Shown: positions 41,001 to 49,048 of the stretch, one piece after another
How the letters are laid out: each line of letters starts with the position of its first letter
How positions within the stretch are numbered: position 1 is the first letter of the stretch
From: Marsupella aquatica
Taxonomy: Eukaryota; Plantae; Marchantiophyta
Assembly (NCBI GenBank): GCA_973895155.1
Contig: OZ316897.1
Span: 14,817,375-14,881,374 of the forward strand
DNA: 64,000 bases
Direction of reading: 5' to 3'
Made by a program: the position numbers and the translations under genes
The notes under the pieces: generated by a model
Databases searched by the model: none
Seen by the model: the letters and a program-made list of their open reading frames with translations, nothing else
What the model was told of the DNA's origin: nothing

Positions 41001-41817
41001 GTTATTTGTGTTTGCTGGTTCTCACACTGATGCGTCGGGCTGAGCGGGCCGTCAGATTTGCTGATTTCCTTTGAAAGTCTTTTCTGGGTAAGTGGCATTC
41101 TTCTTACTTTTCACTCTTGCTCCTGCTTTAATTTTCCCATTCTCTCGGGTCTGAATATGTTTGGGCTCTGGGTGACTCTTGGTCCTTGACCACTTGTTGT
41201 CTGGCCGTTTCATTCCCTATTTTATTTGTTGGGTTTTACTGTCATCATAAGTAAAGTGCTTATTTCAAGGAGAAGAAAAAGAAACATCTAAAGGAACAAG
41301 AAAAATAACACCAAAAGGGTCAAACAGAGTACACCAAAGAGCAAACAAAAGAACTCCAAAAAGGACAAACACATAAGAAACAAATGTAACCCTGAAGAAA
41401 TAAATAGATGAATAAAAGAAATAGGGAACTACACTAGAGGGCCAGACTCCAGCGAGTACGTGTGCAGCAAGGACTTTTGCGTCCCAAGGACTTTACTCCG
41501 GGTGAACGACGGAAACATCCCAAGCCCGTTGTGCGTCGTGACGGTGCTCTGCCGTAAGAAACACTTCGTCTTTCATCGACCCACCGCTGGACGGTCACCG
41601 TTGTTGCTGATGTCACTACTAGCGACGGATTACACCGTACTGTACCGCGTTTGGCTACTGGGCAGCACCGTATAAGAGTACGGTGGTACTCCGGCTGCGA
41701 AACACCGACCGATTACGCAAAGGAATGATTCCGTCTCTGAAGTACGTTGTCCTCCCGGTTTGACCTTGCCCGTCAAACTGGGCGTTTGAGAGCGGCAAAT
41801 TGACAACCCGGCACCCG

Positions 41818-42360
41818 GGTTCGGAAGCAGTCCGGGAAAGGAAACGTCCGGTTCGGGGTTCGGGTTCGGGAGGAGGTTCGGGAGGAGGTTCGGGTGGGGG
41901 TCCGGGTGACTAATCGGGTCCGGGTCCGGGGCGGAGGCGCTCGGTGGGGGCTCGGGGTGGGGTCCGGGTGGGGTTCGGGTCCGCTCGGTGGGGGTTCGGG
42001 GTGGGGTCCGGGTGCGGCTCGGGTCCGGGAGGAGGAGGTGCGGGGGGTTCGGGTGGGGTTCCGGGTGGGGTTCGGGTCCGGGTCCGAGGGGTTCGGGTTC
42101 GGGAGGTACGGGGGGTTCGGCTGGGGTCCGGGCCCGGGGCGGAGGCGCTCGGTGGGGGTTCGGGGTGGGGTCCGGGTGGGGTTCGGGTCCGGGAGGCCGG
42201 GGTGGGTCCGGGTGGGGATCGGGGTTCGGGGTCCGGTTCGGGGTTCGGGGTTCGGGGTCCGGTTCGGGGTTTGGAAGTTCGGGGTTCGGGATTGAGGCTC
42301 GAAGAATTAGGGTTTCGCGATTTAGGGTTGGAGGATGGGGCCGGCCGGGAAAGGGTCGGG
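41818..42360 (+). repeat. Left subterminal G-rich repeat field (GGGTTC/GGGTCC hexamers, ending in TTAGGG-type units)
   Basis: Dozens of CGGG(G)TTC and CGGGTC units; ATTAGGGTTT and TTTAGGGTT at about 42306-42329. Confidence 0.9.
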
Positions 42361-42620
42361 GGCTCGGGAGAGGATAAAAGGAGGAGATCCCTCCTCTCCC
42401 TCCTCATTTTCGGTTTTGCAGAAAGGAGGAGAGGAGGAGAGGAGGAAGAGGAGGAGGACAGGAGAGGAGAGGAGGAGGAGGAGGAGGAGAGGAGGAGGTA
42501 AGTGTTTGGTTTTGGTTTTTATTTTTGATTTTTGGTTTGTTTTTATTTGTTTGTGTTTTTTTTTGTGATTTTTTAATTTTTTTTTGTGTTTTAAACCTTA
42601 ACCTTAGAGCCAAATGGAGG

Positions 42621-43002
42621 GATATAAAGAAACACTTGTACGCGCACGCTTTGAGCCTCGGTTCGGTTTGCGATACTCCGTACAAGAATTTCTTAATATC
42701 ACCTTAACAATTTAGTCTCCTTTGTTCATTAAGTAAAACATTTGCGGAGATAGAGGAATCCATGTACGCATGCTTAGAGTTTCGGCTCGGTCTGCGATAC
42801 TTTGCATGGATACCACGATTCGCCGAGAATGTTTTTACTTGAAATACAAATGAGTGTTAAGTTATAGACACCAAATCACATATGTCGAAGCAGGAATATA
42901 ACAACTTTGAAAGAAAAGAACACTTTTGTGCGCATGCTTTGAGCGTCCACTCGGTCTGCGATATTTCACAAGTGTTGTCTTTCTCTTTTATTGTTGTTAT
43001 AT
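42621..43002 (+). ncRNA. Three conserved bulged stem-loops (L1 42621-42700, L2 42731-42840, L3 42896-43002) in the kinase leader, probably inside an intron
   Basis: The apical module CGCAYGCTTWGAG-N-(C/T)TCGGTYTGCG plus a 6-nt 3' bulge sits on three different lower stems. It lies between donor GAG|GTAAGT (42498) and acceptor TTTTCAG (43099). Confidence 0.7.
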
Positions 43003-43190
43003 AGAAAGGTAATTAAAATCATGTGTGCAATAAAAATACATAATGCATGGGAGAAATAAACCGGGAAAAGATAATAACAATACGACTTGTAATTTTCAGG
43101 TTGGTCGTTGAATCCTTATTGGAAGGATTTTATTTAAATCCCGGTAAGATCTTGTTCCTCCCTCACATATTCCTTTTGTGAAGGGAAAAC

Positions 43191-44846
43191 ATGGTCATCG
43201 AAAATTTTAGTTTAGAGTATAGGCAAGTGTTGGAGATGATCACAAAACATGTGAATGAGGGATATGAGCCGAATCTTGTTGCTCTGGATGCATTGAAGAA
43301 TGCTCGAAACACTCTCGAACATGCTAGGAATTCTAGCAAAGTGGCCGGGAAACGAAAACGGAAGGGGGCAAACGAAGAGGCAAAACAAGTTCGACACAAT
43401 GTGGTAGTGTCGATATGGAAAGAGATACTTTATCGCTACACTCAACCGAAACAGTATGGGGTGGACGGGTTCGAGAGGGAGTTCACAAGACACGGAGAGA
43501 AAGGATACAAGAACTTTCTTGGTGAGATAACCCGTTGTATGCGGGAAAGTGTACAAAAGGAGGACAATTTCACACGAGAGCAAATGAAGTCATTTGAAGA
43601 TGAAACTGAGAAACCGGGAGGATTTCTGGAAAATTTGGCACTCAACTTGGAGAAGCATGTTTGGGATAATTTGGCAGCCAAAGTGGAAGAGGGTGACACT
43701 ACATTGCTTGGAAACCCCGGGATGTACACACACAAGAGAGAATTGCTAGTGAAGTGGAGTAAGGAGTTGGCAATCGCAAAATCTGATAGCAATGTCAAAT
43801 ATGCTAACGAGATTGTGCACTTTGGGGATGTCAGCATCAAAAGTGCTCGAAAAGGAACACGTCCATCGCGTGTAGTTCCAGAGGTTAGGAGTATCCATTT
43901 TCTTAAACCTGAGCAGGTGCACAACACACGTCGCATTGGGAAAGGAATCCAAGGAGAGGTATACACTTGTCGTATATTACATTGTCCTCTCATTCCCGTC
44001 AATGTGACCTTAGTCGCAAAGCGGTTCAAGGATGGAGACAAGCATAAGAGACGAACTGACGCATTACAAGAAGTGCTTATGGGAGGACTGAATCATAAGG
44101 GAATCGTTGGAGCTCTTGCGTTGACTATTGAGGATCCGCCAAAACTTATTTACGATCACTATAATGGAGGTGACTTGGGTAGCTTTATTGATAAGTGCGG
44201 CATATCGTCAAAGAGCAAGGGGAAGGCACAGATCACGACGGACCTTGATTTCAAGTTTATTTCGGAGAAGAAACTCTTGTTGGAGAACCGGTTGGGAATC
44301 GCCTTGGCTTTGCTGGAGACACTGCAATACTTGCATGAGCATGATCGATTTCATTGTGATCTTCACTTTGGAAACATCCTTCTTCATTTCGATCACGAGC
44401 ACGATGTGGCTATTAAGGTGTATGTTGGTTTATGTGATTTTGGCTTGTCTAAGCATAAATCACAGTGCAAATTACCAGCTAATCGGATGTGGCCCACAGC
44501 AACAGAAAAAGCAGCAACATACCAAAAACAATTTCCACAGTTGGCTCCGGAGCTTGTTCAACCTACCCCTGTCGAGTTTAGTGAAAGTACCGATATATAT
44601 GCTTTGGGGAATATTTTTGAGACATTGTTGACAGAGAATTGGGATGGAATGTCTAAGGGTTCACGGTTTTTGGGGAGGGGTTGGAGTGCACAAGTGCATG
44701 GCCCCAAATTGGATATCATAATCCGTGAAATGATGGCCACGGATGCCAAGAAAAGAATGGATTGTGCTTTTTGGAGTTTGAAGATAGTTCGAACGTTTCC
44801 AGATTGCACATTGCATTTGCACAACAGTCCATATCTTAGAGATTAG
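43191..44846 (+). CDS. Transposon-borne protein kinase (551 aa) with an uncharacterised ~240-aa N-terminal region containing an NLS-like KRKRK
   Basis: All catalytic subdomains are present: IGKGIQGEVY, VAKRFK, alphaC Glu (LQEV), HCDLHFGN, DFG, APE and DIYALG. The ORF is intronless and uninterrupted. Confidence 0.9.
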   Translation: MVIENFSLEYRQVLEMITKHVNEGYEPNLVALDALKNARNTLEHARNSSKVAGKRKRKGANEEAKQVRHNVVVSIWKEILYRYTQPKQYGVDGFEREFTRHGEKGYKNFLGEITRCMRESVQKEDNFTREQMKSFEDETEKPGGFLENLALNLEKHVWDNLAAKVEEGDTTLLGNPGMYTHKRELLVKWSKELAIAKSDSNVKYANEIVHFGDVSIKSARKGTRPSRVVPEVRSIHFLKPEQVHNTRRIGKGIQGEVYTCRILHCPLIPVNVTLVAKRFKDGDKHKRRTDALQEVLMGGLNHKGIVGALALTIEDPPKLIYDHYNGGDLGSFIDKCGISSKSKGKAQITTDLDFKFISEKKLLLENRLGIALALLETLQYLHEHDRFHCDLHFGNILLHFDHEHDVAIKVYVGLCDFGLSKHKSQCKLPANRMWPTATEKAATYQKQFPQLAPELVQPTPVEFSESTDIYALGNIFETLLTENWDGMSKGSRFLGRGWSAQVHGPKLDIIIREMMATDAKKRMDCAFWSLKIVRTFPDCTLHLHNSPYLRD

Positions 44847-45033
44847 AGATTAGGGTTTACACAATTTTGTAAAGGTCACCTTAACGATTATATGTTTATT
44901 CATTGTATGTCAATTACAATGTTCTGCATTTTGTTGATAATATTCTATCAAACTTTGTCATGAATGCCCAAAATTGTGCTAAATGTGTTTGTACATTGTC
45001 AAATATCGCAGACCTTTTGTACACATCGCAAAC

Positions 45034-46980
45034 ATGGGACGATGGGAATTGTCTTCTGATGATGAAGACAAAGAGTTCACGACACAACATCTTACCATGC
45101 AAGATGGTCAAGGATCCTATTGTGACGATGAAGCTCTTCGTAATAATGTGTTGGATAATCTTACAACCATTGGCATTCACTATGAGGCTAAACCCAAGGT
45201 TGATGGAACACCGGCGCCAAACACAAGAAGATGGGAAGATGAGGGTATGAAGGATGAATGGAGTATATTAACGCCCAATGTAAATCCTCCCCATGACGAA
45301 TGGGCCATGAATGCAAAGGAATTGGAGATGTTGATGCCAAAGAAAGACTTTTGGCCATGAGCACAACAAGTTTTTCACGATCCGGATCTTTGGGCAACAA
45401 GATCATGGGCGCAAGAAAAATTCACCATGTCCAAAGTAACACATGCAGGTGTTAAATCACATTGGCAGCAACGATATCGAGAGTTTGCTCCACACAAAGC
45501 CCAAACGAAAATGAGTTCCGTTTACCCTCCTTTTATCCGATGTCTGATTGCTGAATTCATTCTCAAGTGGAAGGTGGATTACCGTTGGGAAAACAGTGCT
45601 GGCAAGCTGACTCATCAGGTGCATCCATCAGTGGTTGCGATTGCAACGAATAGGAATACAACTATTGCAAAGGACCCTTCAATGGAGACTTCCAACAAGG
45701 GATCCAAAAGAAAGCTAGATGACACTGGGGAGGGATATGCGCATGAGAAGGGGAAAGCGGCTGTACTTCCTCGAGTCTCCATGCCTGACCGTGCAGCACC
45801 ACCAACCAATGTGGAGTCAACGCACACCAAAAAACCAATCCTTGTAGGTGTTGGGAGTAGAACTCCACATGCAAAGAACAACAATGTTACTGATGCTAAC
45901 AAGGATAAGTTCAACCTGCACAACATATGCAAGAGCTTGGGGGCAGATGTTGCAGAGGTGATTGAGACAAATCTCCGCACGAAGTATGTAGTGGAGCTAT
46001 GTGAATGTGGCAGCATCGAAAAGTTCAAGTCACAATTGCAACAAGCTGATATAAAGATGAGATCACTTGAGAAGAAGCAGAACGAGCCGACGACCAATTC
46101 GGAAGTGATGTTGTACAAGTGTCAATTGTTTGACAAGATGGAAGAAATCAATAAGCTGACAAAACAACTTGCTGAAAAAGAGCGTCAATGCAATGAACTG
46201 GCACGACTTGAGGAGAAGGACAAGATCATTAATGATCTTAAAAGTGAACTTGCAACGCAAGCAATCATCATATCAAATCTTCACGAAGAGGTGCAAGAAT
46301 TTAACAATGGTGCTTTGGGGATGAGGTCAAACAAAGGGCAAGGTGAATTATCGCGGCCAAATTTTGTTAACATGCAAATCATAGATCCTACAGGGCACAG
46401 CAACCTTTTTCCAGATGTGGAGGTTGACGCGGAAGGTATTGATAGGTTTTTTGATAAGTGGAAAAAGAATGAAACTATGGCAGCATTTGTTCGTGAAAAG
46501 GATGACAAGTGTACTTGGTGCCTATATCCTTGGGGCCCTGAATCTGTTTCCATGTTGGGAACCTGCGGTCATATATGGCATCATGCTTGCTTGTCTAAAT
46601 GGTTGAAGAAAAGCCGAAAATGTTGGTGTCGCACACCATTTCATGAACGCGAGTATGAGCAACGAGGATTGTTGAAGCAAATGCCATCAATGGAGACTCA
46701 ACAAAACACTGAAGATATGACTGAAGATACTATACCGGCGATGCAAATAGATGAAACTCCCATTGAATATTTCACAATCAATGAATATAATTTGTCAGAT
46801 GGGGAATTTGACAGGTTGTTATTCAGTGGTCGACTCGATGAGTGGAAACAATATGCGGCAGCCAACCAGCCATCAATAGATGAGCAAAATTTGCAACGAT
46901 CCATTCGGCGCCATCGACGACGTCAACAACAGGCAGAGGTGAAAACAGAAGCTGTTGACAATAACAACAAAAGGAACTAA
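45034..46980 (+). pseudogene. Transposon-borne coiled-coil + RING-H2 (E3 ligase-like) gene, 648 codons with one in-frame TGA at 45358-45360; the downstream ORF 45427-46980 is intact
   Basis: ORFs 44983-45360 and 45427-46980 are in the same frame and read through (...KDFWP*AQQVFHDPDLWATRSWAQEKFTMSK...). RING-like CTWC-x14-CGH-x2-H-x2-C-x10-CWC. Heptad-rich segment KMEEINKLTKQLAEKERQCNELARLEEKDKIINDLKSEL. Confidence 0.8.
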
Positions 46981-47287
46981 AACCAATAGTCTCTACATTT
47001 TGATGTTATTTTCATGTAGTTACTATTAGAGACATTTTGTTAAAATAGAAGCGGCATATCCTCTTTGACAATTATTTTCAACTTGTAATTGGTAAAGAGA
47101 TTTTGGAGTGACATTACATTGCATATCTCGATGAGTACATATATTTTTCATTGGGGGCATGGCGTCGCCTTTTGGAGAATGTGTATTTTCGTAAGAATAT
47201 TCCATCCTCCAATCAGCCATAGGTTTTGGAAGCATATTGTCGGGCTCACAATCATATTTTTGGACAAGTATGAGGAAAATAGACGTG

Positions 47288-48820
47288 ATGAGAGACGGTA
47301 GCACAGTGGACTCAGGTACTGATCCTTCTCTGAAATCATTTCCAAAAGGAGATCGTGTAGCACAATGAGTTCAACAAAGTCAACATCGCAATGGTTTTAG
47401 CCGCCCAAGTTGAGAATGATTTTGTAGAAGGATGTATACCTAAGTCCACTCACTTTTCCTGTCTTTCATAATTTTTTCCGCTATTGCTGCTACGGCCAAT
47501 GACATTCATGCACATGCGAACCGAGGCCAACGCCTACTCCTTTGCCCACCGCAAAAATGGGCCCTCATTACAACTTGAAGTTGAACGGAGTGTATTTGAG
47601 TACGAGAGAAGTTCTGAAAGCAAATGCACTCTCAGGTCAAATTTTCAGGGTCCTTCGAGCAAAAAATTACTGAGTATGTCATCGATCCGTTGGTTTCACA
47701 ACTTCTCTCGTACTCAAATAAACTCTGTTCAACTTCAAGTAGCGTAGCTGCTACGACCAATGACATTCATGCGCATGCAAACCGAGGCCAACGCCTCTAC
47801 ATTTGCCTACCCCAAAAATGGGCCCTGATTAGAACTTGAAGTTGAACAGAGTTTTTTTCATTATGAGAAGGTTTATTCAAGCAATGGCACTCTCAGGTCA
47901 ATATTTCAGGTCCTCCTGACTTTGTTATTATTGAATATGTTCGTGCTCCGTTGCTTGAATAAATCTTCTGATAATGAAATGAACTGACCAATTACTGGAG
48001 TACGGCTACTACGGCCTATGACATTAATTCGCACAATTGCATGTTTATATCCTCTCCTTTCCGAATTCCAATTCGAGCTTGGACATCCTCTCGTCAGCTG
48101 ATCTCCACCATTGCAGTTGCTCTTCACGCAAACCAAGATAGCAGTCTCTAGAATCCTCGAACCTATTTTATTTCAATGCATCATTCATAGTGTTTGAGGA
48201 ATCCAGAGGTTCGCGTGAGGAGCAACTGAAAGGGTGGAGACCTGCTGACGAGAGGGTGTCCAAGCTCGAATTGGAATTCGGACAGGAGAGGATATAAACG
48301 GGTGAACTTTGACTTGAAATTGGTGATTGTATTTTGCGTCTGCATATCAATTTGGTGACCGATCTTGCGGAATCCCCGTGACCGTGTCTGATCATCATCA
48401 TGACATTGCTCTCCTTGGCCACCAATGGGCCCTCATTACAACTTCAAGTTGAACGGGGTTTATATGATTATGAGAAGGTTACTGATTATGTAGGCGATGT
48501 GTTCATTTCACAACTTCTCTCATAGTCATATAAACTCTGCCCAACTTCAAGTAGTGCAGCTGCTACGGTCAACGACATTCACCCACCCCAAAAATGGGCC
48601 CTCATTACAACTTCAAGTTCAACTAAGTTTATTTTATTACGAGAAGGTTTATTCAAGCAATGACATTCTCAGGTCCAATAATGAGGTCCTCTCGACCTCA
48701 TTATTATTGAATATGACGGTGCTCTATTGCTGGACTAAATCTTCGCATAGTGAAATGAACTAACCAATTAATGGAGGGGGCTAGTATGGACTACGGCTGC
48801 TATGGCCAACAACAAGGTAC
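47288..48820 (+). ncRNA. Cluster of six long fold-back hairpins joined by conserved linkers (putative polycistronic miRNA/siRNA precursor)
   Basis: Hairpins at 47288-47469, 47573-47740, 47850-47985, 48043-48299, 48441-48552 and 48626-48761, each with 35-90 bp stems. Compensatory substitutions occur between paralogous hairpins, and G:U pairs favour the + strand. Confidence 0.75.
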
Positions 48821-49048
48821 TTTGAAATAGTCAGTGTTGGAGATTTGGAAAACATGTTGCGTTGGTGTGTCTCTATGGCATTCTCAAATGCAAATACAAA
48901 TAAATTATTCAATCATTGTACAATAATAAACACACTGCAAGACAATACAATCATGTTACAAAAAATATAATTGTTTATAATTTTGTCTATGTCAGATACG
49001 ACAATATAAGAGTAGCAACACTTGATATTATCCTAATGAAAAGATGCT

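Noticed and set aside
41894-42568. Several G/R/P-rich ORFs of 77-185 aa on both strands, with similar ones at 52500-53328
   Set aside because: They are artefacts of stop-free GC-rich subterminal repeats and show no domain signal.
42621-43002. H/ACA snoRNA or hammerhead ribozyme identity for the leader stem-loops
   Set aside because: There is no CUGANGA/GAAA core, ACA triplets are not consistently placed relative to an internal pocket, and conservation is in the apical module.
43144-43183. Second small intron just before the kinase ATG (G|GTAAGA...GAAG)
   Set aside because: At 40 nt it is below the usual plant intron minimum and cannot be supported without RNA data.
43442-44041. 199-aa antisense ORF, plus other antisense or overlapping ORFs over the kinase, RING and transposase genes
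   Set aside because: These are shadow ORFs of the real coding strand with no motifs.
47010-47240. Additional short hairpins upstream of the cluster
   Set aside because: The stems are short and interrupted and lack the conserved linker, so they cannot be told from background without folding statistics.
47480-48820. CRISPR array interpretation of the linker/hairpin repeats
   Set aside because: The context is eukaryotic, there are no cas genes, spacing is irregular, and the 'spacers' are long, self-complementary and partly paralogous.
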